Shown one piece after another: positions 27,553 to 36,822 of a stretch of DNA of 59,381 bases. Source of the stretch: Candidatus Firestoneibacteriota bacterium (GTDB lineage Bacteria > Oederibacteriota > D2-FULL-39-29 > CAIOVX01); the NCBI GenBank assembly GCA_903915125.1, contig CAIWRR010000065.1:1-59381 (forward strand), read 5' to 3'. Under the pieces are notes generated by a model. That model made no database searches, was not told the origin of the DNA, and saw only the letters and a list, made by a program, of their open reading frames with translations. The translations under genes were made by a program, and so were the position numbers. Position 1 is the first letter of the stretch, and each line of letters opens with the position of its first letter.

Positions 27553-28673
27553 CCTATCATGGCCTCTGCCTGTTTCAGGTAACTGCTCATATTTCTTTCG
27601 GCCTCCCTGAGTGAATCTCCCCCGGTTTTCTCCAGCACGGCGCGCGCCAGCTCAAACGCGAGAGCGGCCTCACCGACAACGCAGGCTGCCGGAACCGCGC
27701 AAATATCGGACCGTTCCACTGACGCGGGAGCTTTCTTGCCGGTAGCAAGATTAATGGACTCAAGCGGAGAATAAAGCGTTGCTATAGGCTTCATCGCGGC
27801 CCGGACAACTATATCGGAGCCGTTGGACATGCCGCCTTCAATTCCGCCGGCGTTATTGCTCCCTCGGACGATTTTCTTCCCTGATTTCCCGATAGAGTCA
27901 TGCAGGCGCGAACCGGGTATCAGGGCGGAAGCAAATCCGGCGCCGAACTCAACTCCCTTAATCGCCTGTATGCTGAGAATAGCTCTCGCAATCCTTCCGT
28001 CAAGTTTTGAATCCCACTGGACATGGGAACCCAGCCCGGGCGGCACATTTTCCGCAATCAATTCAAAGACGCCCCCAACGGTGTCCTTTTCCTTTGCGGC
28101 TGAGTCTATTTCGGCCCTCATCCGTTTCGAGGCTTTTTTATCGGGACACCTTACATCGGAAGCGTTAATCGCCGCAATGTCAGCGGAACCAAGGCCCCGG
28201 CAGTCACAGAACGCCTGCCCGATAGAGATTACATGCCCAAACACATTTACTTTGAAACGCGCCAAAATCTGTTTTGCGACCGCCCCTGCAGCGACCCTCG
28301 CCGCGGTCTCCCGGGCGCTGGCCCTCTCCAGAATATCCCTGGCGTCGCGAGTGCCGTACTTCAGGGCTCCCGCAAGGTCCGCGTGGCCGGGCCTTGGCAC
28401 CAGAACTTCCGGCGCGGAGTCTATCCTTTCGTCTTTATTGGTTATTATGATGGCAATCGGGCTTCCTAGAGTGACGCCCTTGCGGATACCTGAAAGAATT
28501 TCAGCCCTGTCTTTCTCTATGAGCATGCGCCCGCCCCGACCGTAGCCTTTCTGGCGCCTGGCCAGCTCCGCGTTCATTTGACTTACATCCAGCCTTAGGC
28601 CCGCAGGGACGCCTTCAACCAGCGCGATAAGAGCTTTCCCATGGGATTCCCCGGCTGTCCTGAAGTTCAGCAT
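27549..28673 (-). CDS. aroC: Chorismate synthase
   Basis: FRTAGESHG and GRSSARETA-like SARETAARV motifs. Start set at MLNFRTAGE behind AAGGAG. Confidence 0.9.
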   Translation of the reverse strand: MLNFRTAGESHGKALIALVEGVPAGLRLDVSQMNAELARRQKGYGRGGRMLIEKDRAEILSGIRKGVTLGSPIAIIITNKDERIDSAPEVLVPRPGHADLAGALKYGTRDARDILERASARETAARVAAGAVAKQILARFKVNVFGHVISIGQAFCDCRGLGSADIAAINASDVRCPDKKASKRMRAEIDSAAKEKDTVGGVFELIAENVPPGLGSHVQWDSKLDGRIARAILSIQAIKGVEFGAGFASALIPGSRLHDSIGKSGKKIVRGSNNAGGIEGGMSNGSDIVVRAAMKPIATLYSPLESINLATGKKAPASVERSDICAVPAACVVGEAALAFELARAVLEKTGGDSLREAERNMSSYLKQAEAMIG

Positions 28674-28720
28674 AAGTTCTCCTTTTAAACACATCTCACC
28701 GGCTAAAGATATTTAAAACC

Positions 28721-28755
28721 AATCCGAGTAATCTGTTTTTCGAATCCGTGTAATC
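28721..28755. repeat. Two direct 13-bp AATCCGNGTAATC motifs 22 bp apart (same motif family as 57201-57285)
   Basis: AATCCGAGTAATC at 28721-28733 and AATCCGTGTAATC at 28743-28755, in the aroC upstream region. Confidence 0.7.
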
Positions 28756-28761
28756 ATTTGC

Positions 28762-28794
28762 AAAAACAGCCTGCAAGTTCGCGCAGGCAGGCTG
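28762..28794 (-). terminator. Rho-independent terminator after the prepilin peptidase gene
   Basis: Minus strand reads CAGCCTGC...GCAGGCTG followed by TTTTT. Confidence 0.65.
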
Positions 28795-28918
28795 TATATG
28801 ATAAATTTGGCATATTTTTCCCGGTATACGCGCGTGAGAAGGGCCACAAAGTCTGTTTTGGCGGTCACAGGCTTAGCTTAATATTATCAAACACTCCGCG
28901 GTTAGTCAACCACTCATG

Positions 28919-29698
28919 CTAATTCCGCGGCAAAAGCGGCATTAAAAGATAAATTAGTTTTTCTCCGAAGAAAAACACGGCCAGAGCGCTTGCTGCTATA
29001 TAGGGTCCGAAAGGAATCATGGACTTTCGGTCCAATACTTTCAAGCCTATTAAAACGATGCTCACCGCGGCACCGAGAATAAAGGAAAGAAAGAGCATAG
29101 CGATAACCCCTTTCCATCCAAGAAAAGCGCCTATGGCTCCGGCAAGATAGACATCTCCTCCGCCCATTCCCTCTTTCTTGAACAAAATGAGACTTAGCAT
29201 GCCTATCACATATAGAATGCCGGCGCCGGTAATAGCACCGAGTAATGAATTCCATGGGTTTCCATCTGGCAGCAAACTTAGAAAGAGACCGGCGAGGACC
29301 AGTGGAATCGTGGTAACTTCGAATATATATTGTGTGTCAAAGTCAATAAAAGCAATAATTATCAGGAATCCGGTAAGTATTACTCCTCTCAGCAAAGGGA
29401 AAGAAACGCCAAAGTTAAGATATAGGAGCAGGAAAAGCAAACCGGTCAAAGCTTCAACCAGCGGATACCTGACAGCTATGGGAGCACGGCACTTTCTGCA
29501 TTTGCCTTTAAGCAGAAAGTAACTCAGCACCGGAATATTATCATACCATTCAATGGGTTTTTTGCATTTCGGACAGAAGGAATTCGGCAATACTAAAGAA
29601 CGTTTTGAAGGAATGCGGTAAATACAAACATTAAAAAAACTGCCAAATATCAGGCCGATTAGGAAAACCATTACAGCTTGAAAAGTCTGCTCTGTCAA
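28919..29698 (-). CDS. Prepilin peptidase (A24 family, PilD-like)
   Basis: GSFFNVCIYRIP...CPKCKKPIEWYDNIPVLSYFLLKGKCRKC and GMGGGDVYL motifs. TTG start in the track; an ATG lies 9 codons downstream. Confidence 0.85.
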   Translation of the reverse strand: MTEQTFQAVMVFLIGLIFGSFFNVCIYRIPSKRSLVLPNSFCPKCKKPIEWYDNIPVLSYFLLKGKCRKCRAPIAVRYPLVEALTGLLFLLLYLNFGVSFPLLRGVILTGFLIIIAFIDFDTQYIFEVTTIPLVLAGLFLSLLPDGNPWNSLLGAITGAGILYVIGMLSLILFKKEGMGGGDVYLAGAIGAFLGWKGVIAMLFLSFILGAAVSIVLIGLKVLDRKSMIPFGPYIAASALAVFFFGEKLIYLLMPLLPRN

Positions 29699-29751
29699 TT
29701 TCCCCTGCGCTATATTGAGTTAGAGAATTTTATTCTGAATCAATATTCGGA

Positions 29752-29780
29752 TTATAGCAATAACGGCCTTATTCGTCAAC
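29752..29780 (-). promoter_or_regulatory. Sigma70-like promoter for the prepilin peptidase gene
   Basis: Minus strand reads TTGACG, 17 nt, TATAAT. Confidence 0.55.
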
Positions 29781-29797
29781 TTGAAACCAAGACAGGA

Positions 29798-31000
29798 CTA
29801 TTCGTAGCGAAGGGCCTCAATTGGATTCAGGCCGGCGGCTCTGCTTGCAGGGTAAACACCGAAGAAAAGCCCGACAGATACAGAGAAACCGAAAGACAGG
29901 GCAACCGCGCCAAAAGAGAGTTTTGGGTTTATGTCCGGGAATGTAGCAAATATTTTGATAATTATTACGCCAAAAACAATCCCAAGTATACCGCCAATAA
30001 TGCTTATTATGAAGGCTTCCGCAAGAAACTGCGAAAGAACGTGGCTTTTCTTAGCCCCTATCGCTCTTCTCACTCCTATTTCTCTCGTCCGTTCCGTCAC
30101 GGAGGCAAGCATAATATTCATAATTCCTAGCCCGCCAACCAGCAGCGAGATAAACCCTATCGCGCCAAGTATTAACGACCACATGTTAGTGCTTTGCTGA
30201 AGCTGCGCCATCTGTTCTTCGCGCGTGTCAAATTTAAAGTCCTCAATCTTGAAATGCCTTTTCAAAAGAATATTACGCACCTGCTGTATCGCCCCGTCCA
30301 TGCGGTCGGTATTTTTAACCTGGATATTAAGGTAGGTTACCGAGTCGTTGCCGGTGATACGGTTCTGCATCGTGGTGACAGGAATAAAAACCCAGTTATT
30401 CTTGAAATCTATAGCGTTCCTCTTACCGAACCACATCTCGTATTTTTTCAGCACCCCCACAATTAGGAAGTACTGTCCCTTTATGTAGAGGTACTTGCCG
30501 AGCGGCTCCGCGTTCTTAAAGAGCTCGGAAACCACCCGGGACCCGACCACGGCTACTCGAGCGTTCCCGCGCAGGTCAAAACCCGTGATCCCTCTCCCGC
30601 GCCCCACCTCATATTTGTTGATAGTGAAAAAATCAGGAGTGCCGCCGTAAACATAACACCTGTAGGCGCGCCGCTGATATTCCAGTCTGGTCCACAGTTC
30701 AACCTCCGGAGAAACTACCGAGAGAGTATCGGCCTTTTCCTTGAGCGCCGCGGCGTCACCTGTGGTGCGGCCTTTCGAACGGTTCAGTTTCAGCCTGTCG
30801 AGCTGGGTAATCTCCTGATTCAGCACGGCAACCTTTTCCAGCCCGCCGACTTCCTTCATCCAGTTCAGGCTGTTTTGCTTGCCGCCGTCAACAATGGAAA
30901 AAAGGCTGATGAGAGACCCGGTGCCGAGGACTATTCCGAGCATGGTCAGAAATGAACGGAGCTTGTGAGAAAACAGTTCCTTCAGGCCGAGCTTGAGCAC
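29798..31000 (-). CDS. ABC transporter permease, MacB/FtsX type (no fused ATPase)
   Basis: One TM segment, a large periplasmic domain, then three TM segments, with RTREIGVRRAIGAKK in the FtsX-like region. Length 400 aa. Confidence 0.8.
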   Translation of the reverse strand: MLKLGLKELFSHKLRSFLTMLGIVLGTGSLISLFSIVDGGKQNSLNWMKEVGGLEKVAVLNQEITQLDRLKLNRSKGRTTGDAAALKEKADTLSVVSPEVELWTRLEYQRRAYRCYVYGGTPDFFTINKYEVGRGRGITGFDLRGNARVAVVGSRVVSELFKNAEPLGKYLYIKGQYFLIVGVLKKYEMWFGKRNAIDFKNNWVFIPVTTMQNRITGNDSVTYLNIQVKNTDRMDGAIQQVRNILLKRHFKIEDFKFDTREEQMAQLQQSTNMWSLILGAIGFISLLVGGLGIMNIMLASVTERTREIGVRRAIGAKKSHVLSQFLAEAFIISIIGGILGIVFGVIIIKIFATFPDINPKLSFGAVALSFGFSVSVGLFFGVYPASRAAGLNPIEALRYE

Positions 31001-31020
31001 GGTAAAAGGCGAGATGAGGT

Positions 31021-31992
31021 TCAGAAACTCCTCCCCACATTGCCGCCCGGCATTCTTCTTGCCTTGGAACGGTCGGTTACTTTAAGAGAGGAACCAAAAC
31101 CAACCGGTTTCGATAGGGCGACTTTATCTTTCTCCGCGGCGCCTTCGAGTATCTCTACATTAGTTTCATCATAGAGTCCGGTCTTAACGCTCTTTCTTTC
31201 ATACTGGTCATTGCCGGTGCAGACATAGAGGACCTGTTCGTTAACGCCGGTCTCATCGTCCTTTTCTTCAAAGACCGCCTCTATAGGAAGGATGAGGACA
31301 TTCTTTCTTTCATCAAGTTTTATTTCAACCACGGTCTTCATGCCCGGACGAAGTTCCGGAACCTTGGTTATTACCTCTACTTCGGTATTGAACACATTTA
31401 TCTTGCCGTCCGAGCTCAGCTTTGCCATAGGAGAAATTCTTGTCACTTTGCCCTCTATCTGCTTGTCGGAGAAGGCTTCAACCCGTATCTTGGCGGCGAG
31501 GCCCACCTTTACCTTGCCGATATCTACTTCGTTTATGTCAACACGGACCAGCATCCTGCTCATTTCCGCTATCGTCATCATTACGGAACCGCCGGAATAT
31601 TCCGACAGGCCGGAAGTGACCATATCGCCCTCTTCAACAGACTTATCTATTATTACCCCGGAGGCCGTTGCCCTGACCTCGGACGACTGGTACTGCTCCG
31701 CCTCCCTGCCTGGCTGGATCACTGCAAGAAGCTGGCCTCTTTTCACGGTATATCCGTCGTCTACCAGGAGTTTTTTTACGGTGCCGGTCACATTGGATTT
31801 TACTTTTACGGAGCTTAAAGGTTCGAGCTTGCCCACCTCGGAGAGTTTCTCGGTGATGTCTCCACGCTTCACTTCTTTCATTTTTATTTCTACCGGAGCC
31901 CCGTTGGCCTGCAAGGGTTTATTCTCCCGGTTGCAGCCGCAAAACAGGAGCGCCAAACCGCAGGCGCAAATAACAGCTGTCTTCATTCTCAT
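31021..31992 (-). CDS. Efflux periplasmic adaptor (MacA/HlyD family)
   Basis: Lipoprotein-like LLFCGC, then barrel-sandwich/hairpin-type sequence (VKRGQLLAVIQP...). Confidence 0.75.
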   Translation of the reverse strand: MRMKTAVICACGLALLFCGCNRENKPLQANGAPVEIKMKEVKRGDITEKLSEVGKLEPLSSVKVKSNVTGTVKKLLVDDGYTVKRGQLLAVIQPGREAEQYQSSEVRATASGVIIDKSVEEGDMVTSGLSEYSGGSVMMTIAEMSRMLVRVDINEVDIGKVKVGLAAKIRVEAFSDKQIEGKVTRISPMAKLSSDGKINVFNTEVEVITKVPELRPGMKTVVEIKLDERKNVLILPIEAVFEEKDDETGVNEQVLYVCTGNDQYERKSVKTGLYDETNVEILEGAAEKDKVALSKPVGFGSSLKVTDRSKARRMPGGNVGRSF

Positions 31993-32001
31993 TTTTCCCC
32001 T

Positions 32002-33309
32002 TTAATACAGCTTTACTCCCATCGCCTTCAGAAGATCAGCGGTCTGGGATTTATAGTCGTAGATCGACTGGTACCAGTTTATTTGAGCCGAGCTGTAATT
32101 TACTTCCGCGTCAACAAGCTCAAGGAAAGAAGCCGTCCCTTCCCTGTATTTGCTCCGCGTTATTTCCATGCTCTCCCTGGAGAGCCCCACCTGCTGCTCG
32201 TAAACGGGCACGCTCTTGTGGATTCTGTCCAGATCGTTCCATTCAAGGAAAACTTCTTTGTTGATAAAGCGCTTTAACGAAACTTCCTGAATGTCAAAAA
32301 TCTTCAGTTCTATCTTTGCGCTCTCCGCCTTAAGCGAATTAACCCCGCCGTCAAAGATAGGGTAGTTCAAAGACAGGGATAGCGCCCATCCTGAATTCTG
32401 GTCAAGCGCTCCCTTATGCGTCCACAAGCTGCTGTCTCTCGCGTATTTATCAAGATATATGCCGTATGAAGCGTCCAAACTTACAGCGGGGAGCAGGTTG
32501 CTTTCAACAAGGCCGAGATTAACGGCGCTCTCTTCTTTCTCTTTTGCCAGAATCAACCAATCCGGCCTGTTGTTAAAAGCGGAGAGAAGCGCCTGTCCGA
32601 TGCTCTTTTCGTACTTGGTAAATTTGAGATCATCCTCAAGAAGCGTTTCAGAATCCGGAGCAAGTCCCAGCAGGTCGTTTAGCGCCGCTCTTGCCGCCAC
32701 CACGGAATTATTTCCTCTTATCACGGCTATGTTGCTGTTGGCAAGCTGCACCTGAGCGTCAAGAAAATAGCTTTTGGATTTTATACCCGCGCGGTATAAA
32801 CTTTCCGTGAGTTTGAGGTTTTCCTGACGCTGTTTCAGGAGAATTTCGGAGACCATAAGCGCTTTCTGCGCCTTAAGCACTTCATAGAAGGACTTGATGC
32901 AATTCCACGCGGCCTCCTGCTTCGCGCTTGCCAGCCTGAGTTCCGCCTCTTCCTGTTTCTTTCTGTAATAGGAAATCTTCGCGGTGTCCTTCCCCATATT
33001 AAACAGGTTATAGTTCGCCTGTAAAACAGCCGTATAGTTGTCGGGGTAGAAGGTGAAAGGGGTTACGGGATTGCCGTTAACGTCGTAACCGGCAAGCGTA
33101 TCATTGAAACTTAATCCGATCGAAGGATAGAAAGGCGCGCCATATATACCTGTGTCATTAGCGGCCTTGCGGAGTTCCTGCGCTGCCTGTGAAACGGCGG
33201 TTGAGGAGGTAAGGGATTTTTCGATGCAAGCCTTAAGGGAAATTAAACCGGCATTGGAATTAAGAGACAGAAGAAACACTAATAGAACCGAGCAGGATGC
33301 TGTTTTCAT
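32002..33309 (-). CDS. TolC-family outer membrane efflux protein
   Basis: Two-fold repeated helical/beta pattern, and it is the first gene of the adaptor/permease operon. Start set at MKTASCSVLLVF (signal peptide), because the longer ORF runs through the promoter. Confidence 0.75.
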   Translation of the reverse strand: MKTASCSVLLVFLLSLNSNAGLISLKACIEKSLTSSTAVSQAAQELRKAANDTGIYGAPFYPSIGLSFNDTLAGYDVNGNPVTPFTFYPDNYTAVLQANYNLFNMGKDTAKISYYRKKQEEAELRLASAKQEAAWNCIKSFYEVLKAQKALMVSEILLKQRQENLKLTESLYRAGIKSKSYFLDAQVQLANSNIAVIRGNNSVVAARAALNDLLGLAPDSETLLEDDLKFTKYEKSIGQALLSAFNNRPDWLILAKEKEESAVNLGLVESNLLPAVSLDASYGIYLDKYARDSSLWTHKGALDQNSGWALSLSLNYPIFDGGVNSLKAESAKIELKIFDIQEVSLKRFINKEVFLEWNDLDRIHKSVPVYEQQVGLSRESMEITRSKYREGTASFLELVDAEVNYSSAQINWYQSIYDYKSQTADLLKAMGVKLY

Positions 33310-33316
33310 TGTATTA

Positions 33317-33345
33317 ATTTTACTATATGCCGCCAAGCAAGTCAA
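33317..33345 (-). promoter_or_regulatory. Sigma70-like promoter placed for a leaderless TolC-family mRNA
   Basis: Minus strand reads TTGACT, 17 nt, TAAAAT, then 7 nt and the ATG at 33309. No Shine-Dalgarno sequence is present. Confidence 0.45.
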
Positions 33346-33352
33346 CCACACT

Positions 33353-33382
33353 AAAAAAAAGGAGCCCCAATGGGCCCCTTTC
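33353..33382 (-). terminator. Rho-independent terminator after folD
   Basis: Minus strand reads AAAGGGGCCC-ATT-GGGGCTCCTTT (one bulge) followed by a T-run of 8. Confidence 0.55.
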
Positions 33383-33400
33383 ACTCTGTATTCATTGTAC

Positions 33401-34312
33401 TTATCTGTAAAGTACTTTCGCGCACTCCACCGTGTTCTTAATAAGCATCGTCACTGTCAAAGGCCCCACGCCTCCGGGCACCGGAGAAATCATTCCTGCA
33501 ACCTCTTTAGCTTTGTCAAACTCAACGTCTCCCACGGTCTTCATCTTGGGCTTGCCGGTCTTCTCGTCTATAAGCTGTTTCCCGTCAGGGCCAAGGTTGG
33601 GCACTCTGTTTATTCCAATATCAATTACAATCGCCCCCGGTTTTATCCAGTCGCCCTTGACCAGTCCCGCCTTGCCGACCGCGACAAAAACTATGTCAGC
33701 CCTCTTTACATGCGAAGGTGTGTCTTTCGTAGCTATGTGACAGACCGTGGGTGTCGCGGATTCCGTCAGAGACTGCAGCATAAGGAGCAGAATCGGTTTG
33801 CCTACTATTTCGGAATGGCCGACTATCACCACTTCCTTGCCTTTAAGTTCCACGCCGGTGCTCTTTAAAAGTTCTACCGCGCCCATAGCCGTGCAAGGCG
33901 CAACCACCTGTTTTCCAAACACCAGCAGCCCCATGTTGTGCGGGTTTAGCCCTTCTACATCCTTCGAAGGAGATATTTTAACCTGAATATTCCTGGCGTT
34001 TATTCCCGCCGGAAGCGGCATCTGCAGTATTATTCCCGTAACCGACTTGTCGTTATTGAGCGCCTCTATAAACTTCAGAAGTTCCGGCTCGGTTGTTGCC
34101 GCGGGAAGTTCCTTCAGACTATAAATGAGCCCCATCTCCTCGCAGGCTTTCTTCTGCTGGTTGGTATAAACCTTTGAAGAAGGATTCTCGCCGACCTGTA
34201 CGGCGGCGAGCTGCAACGGGCTGCCTTTAGCCTTGAAAGCTTCTATTTCAGCTTTCAATCCTTCCTTGATCTTTTTCGCAACAGCTTCACCGTCTATTAT
34301 GATTGCCGCCAT
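33401..34312 (-). CDS. folD: Bifunctional methylenetetrahydrofolate dehydrogenase/cyclohydrolase
   Basis: IIDGEAVAKKI, VQVGENPSS and VIVGHSEIVGKP motifs. Start set at MAAIIIDG behind AAAGGAGG. Confidence 0.9.
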   Translation of the reverse strand: MAAIIIDGEAVAKKIKEGLKAEIEAFKAKGSPLQLAAVQVGENPSSKVYTNQQKKACEEMGLIYSLKELPAATTEPELLKFIEALNNDKSVTGIILQMPLPAGINARNIQVKISPSKDVEGLNPHNMGLLVFGKQVVAPCTAMGAVELLKSTGVELKGKEVVIVGHSEIVGKPILLLMLQSLTESATPTVCHIATKDTPSHVKRADIVFVAVGKAGLVKGDWIKPGAIVIDIGINRVPNLGPDGKQLIDEKTGKPKMKTVGDVEFDKAKEVAGMISPVPGGVGPLTVTMLIKNTVECAKVLYR

Positions 34313-34472
34313 TATTAGTCCTCCTTTCACATTGTTATTCTGCTTCGTCAGGAACCAAGATATTATACTTTTTGAGGGGCGCCTATTCAACACCATTATT
34401 CGCAACAAGCAATAAGGGAGCCCCCAAAAACAGGGCCCCCTCTTACTCTTACTATTTTAGCAGCTGCTTTAT

Positions 34473-35051
34473 TTAGACGTAACACTCGCAAGAAACTTCA
34501 AAATACGCCTTGGGGTGCAGGCAGGCAGGACACTGTTCCGGCGCGTTCTCTCCGGTATGGATATGACCGCAATTTATGCACTTCCACTGAACTTTGCCGC
34601 TTCTTTTGAAGACCTTGCCTTTCTCTACATTCTCAAGCAGAGCCCTGTATCTCTTCTCGTGATGCGCTTCCACAGCCGCTATCAATTTGAAGGCAGCCGC
34701 AACATCATTGAAACCTTCCTGCTCGGCTATCTTTGCCGCTTCCGGATAAATCACCTTGGTCTCTTCGTGCTCGCCTTCGGCCGAAGCCTTTAGGTTTTCC
34801 GCCGTAGTGCCTACTTTTCCCGCGGGAAACTTCGCCGTAATTTCAAGCGCGCCGCCTTCCAGAAAATTAAAGAACCTTTTCGCGTGCTCCTTTTCGTTCT
34901 CCGCTGTTTCAAGGAAGATTTCTGCTATCTGCTCGTAGCCTTCTTTTTTCGCTTTGGACGCGAAAAAGGTGTACCTGTTCCTTGCCTGTGACTCTCCCGC
35001 AAATGAAGCCAGCAGGTTTTTCTCTGTTTTTGATCCTTTCAAGCTTGCCAT
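34473..35051 (-). CDS. rbr: Rubrerythrin
   Basis: Ferritin-like ExxH pairs (ENEKEHAKRF, EGEHEE), plus a C-terminal rubredoxin-like CINCGH...CPAC. Confidence 0.9.
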   Translation of the reverse strand: MASLKGSKTEKNLLASFAGESQARNRYTFFASKAKKEGYEQIAEIFLETAENEKEHAKRFFNFLEGGALEITAKFPAGKVGTTAENLKASAEGEHEETKVIYPEAAKIAEQEGFNDVAAAFKLIAAVEAHHEKRYRALLENVEKGKVFKRSGKVQWKCINCGHIHTGENAPEQCPACLHPKAYFEVSCECYV

Positions 35052-35137
35052 GGGTTTCCTCCTTTGATTCTTTCAATTATTATGTTCCGCCCTGCAGCGC
35101 TGAAACCTGCCGAACGGTAAACTGTAAACGGCCCTTA

Positions 35138-35515
35138 CTATGCTTTCCATAATCCGTGCAGCGTGCAGTATTCTCTCGCTGAAACCGCTGATGCTTTGAC
35201 GCAGAATACCGCTTCAGGAATCTGGCCGGGTTTAAGGAATTCCCTGTAAGCTTTGCCGTCGGCTATTAATTCTATCCACTGGATGTAGTGCTTGTCTTCC
35301 ATCGGGTGAGCAACGCTGCCGACCTTCACCTTATATCCTTCCGCGGTCTTTTCAATTACCGGGACATGCTTCTCTTTCGCCGCTTCCACGCTGTTCTCGA
35401 CAAGCAGGTCCATATTCTTGCCGCAGCACACAAGCGTCCCTCCCGAGGCGTTAACAACCTCAACGATATTTCCGCACAAACCACACTTGTAGATTCCTAA
35501 CTGCTTTGCCGCCAT
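35138..35515 (-). CDS. dfx: Desulfoferrodoxin (2Fe superoxide reductase)
   Basis: [12 protein letters not shown]...LVCCG desulforedoxin-like N-domain, then HVPVIE...[14 protein letters not shown]...C..HGLW. Start at MAAKQLG behind AAAGGAGG. Confidence 0.9.
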   Translation of the reverse strand: MAAKQLGIYKCGLCGNIVEVVNASGGTLVCCGKNMDLLVENSVEAAKEKHVPVIEKTAEGYKVKVGSVAHPMEDKHYIQWIELIADGKAYREFLKPGQIPEAVFCVKASAVSAREYCTLHGLWKA

Positions 35516-35563
35516 AATTTCCTCCTTTAAAACATTCATGCCGCTTCTTGATAATTGAAACCG

Positions 35564-36136
35564 TTAAGGGTTTTCGATGCCGAGCCTTTCGCCTATTCCA
35601 TACGCTGCGTCAAGGCAGTCCTGCCTTTTTTGAATATCCCCTTTCGCGTCCACTTTCTTGCAGAAAAGTTCTTCAGAGTATTCCGCATTTACTGTGGCAA
35701 AGAAATTTTTTATCACGCCCTTCGCGTTAAGGAAAAACTCGTCTTTCTCGTTTCCCTGGGCCGATAAAAAAGCTCCTTTCTTCCTCATAGGCTGTTCAAC
35801 GCTGTGATGAAAGTACCTGCCCATCCAGTAACACTGGAACCTGTCTATCATAGCTTTCGTCTGGGACGAGACGCTCCCAAAAAATATCGGAGAGGCCACG
35901 ATAATAACATCCGCTTCAAAGACCTTCGGGAACACCCTCTGCATATCATCTTCAATTTTGCAGTTCCCGTCAGTTCTCGCGTCAGGACATTCCTGGCAGC
36001 CGCGGTAAGTCAGCTTGTTTAGGAAGATCTTTTCCGTTGCCGCTCCCGCCGATACCGCTCCTTCAAGCGCCCTGTCGAGCAGGATATCGCAGTTGCCCCT
36101 GAGACGCGGGCTGCCGTTTATGCCAAGGACCTTAAT
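35564..36136 (-). CDS. Iron-sulfur flavoprotein / NAD(P)H-dependent FMN reductase-like
   Basis: [15 protein letters not shown]...YRGCQEC...GNC...[12 protein letters not shown]. The start is uncertain: ATT at 36136 would give [10 protein letters not shown] behind GAAGGTG, while the nearest ATG (36193) lies inside the rubredoxin gene. Confidence 0.65.
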   Translation of the reverse strand: MKVLGINGSPRLRGNCDILLDRALEGAVSAGAATEKIFLNKLTYRGCQECPDARTDGNCKIEDDMQRVFPKVFEADVIIVASPIFFGSVSSQTKAMIDRFQCYWMGRYFHHSVEQPMRKKGAFLSAQGNEKDEFFLNAKGVIKNFFATVNAEYSEELFCKKVDAKGDIQKRQDCLDAAYGIGERLGIENP

Positions 36137-36296
36137 CTTGCACCTTCTCGAACATATCTTTGCCTGCCATGCATACAGGACAAACCCAATCATCCGGCAG
36201 GTTTTCAAAAGAAGTCCCGGCTTCTATTCCGTGTTCAGGATCACCCTTTCCCGGGTCATAGATATAGTCGCAGGCAGTGCATTTATACTTATCCAA
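36132..36296 (-). CDS. Rubredoxin (54 aa; below the ORF-track length cutoff)
   Basis: My translation is (TTG)[54 protein letters not shown], which carries both CxxC pairs and the canonical Y.YD/F..LPDDW.CP.C pattern. GAGGTG lies 4 nt upstream of the start. Confidence 0.85.
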   Translation of the reverse strand: MDKYKCTACDYIYDPGKGDPEHGIEAGTSFENLPDDWVCPVCMAGKDMFEKVQD

Positions 36297-36822
36297 TTTT
36301 CACCTCGGGCTTGAAATAAGTCGGCGCGCTCGCAGGAGACTTTCCTTTCTTCACCTGCCTGTAGTAGTCATATGTAAGCGGCTCTTTGGATGCGTCCAGT
36401 ATTTCATCATTAACAACTTTGCCTATAAAGATGCTGTGAGTGCCTACATCCGTGACACTTTGCACCTCGCACTCAAACCAACCGATTGCCCAGTCAAGCG
36501 CCACAGGCGCTCCGGTAACGCCCTGCTTGGATTTAACCGTAGAGAATTTGTCAATATCGCGCCCGGATTTGAAACCCCACGTTCCGATGAAAGTCATTGG
36601 GGCCTCTTTATCCAGGATGGAGACCGAAAATACTTTGCTTGCCGCAATATAATCACAGGTTAGGTTGGTTTTATTTATGCAGACCGCCACAGACTGCGGC
36701 TCGGAAGTTACCTGAAAGACAGTATTGACTATCTGCCCGTTGAACTTGCCGTTCTTCCCGGAAGCCACCAGGTAAACCCCGTAATTTATTTTTTGTACCG
36801 CCCTCATATTTCCTTTCTCCAT
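36289..36822 (-). CDS. Flavin reductase-like FMN-binding protein
   Basis: YGVYLVAS...[14 protein letters not shown]...VAVCINK...HSIFIGKV pattern of the flavin reductase domain. Length 177 aa. Confidence 0.65.
   Translation of the reverse strand: MEKGNMRAVQKINYGVYLVASGKNGKFNGQIVNTVFQVTSEPQSVAVCINKTNLTCDYIAASKVFSVSILDKEAPMTFIGTWGFKSGRDIDKFSTVKSKQGVTGAPVALDWAIGWFECEVQSVTDVGTHSIFIGKVVNDEILDASKEPLTYDYYRQVKKGKSPASAPTYFKPEVKIG

Noticed and set aside
33310-33384. N-terminal ORF extensions in the track (also 16818-16982, 34313-34408, 40646-40729, 21111-21155, 28674-28694, 45817-45864, 50658-50705)
   Set aside because: The extensions lack RBSs, run through promoters, terminators or upstream genes, and precede a Met with a proper Shine-Dalgarno sequence, a signal peptide or a conserved N-terminus. 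I used the shorter starts.
34416-34442. GGGAGCCCCC-AAAAACA-GGGCCCCCTC element after rubrerythrin, resembling GGAGCCCC-AAT-GGGCCCCT after folD (33361-33378), as a possible dispersed repeat family
   Set aside because: Both sit immediately downstream of stop codons and can form bulged GC hairpins. The folD copy has a T8 tail. They are most simply gene-end terminators with similar GC-rich stems, and two copies are too few to call a family.
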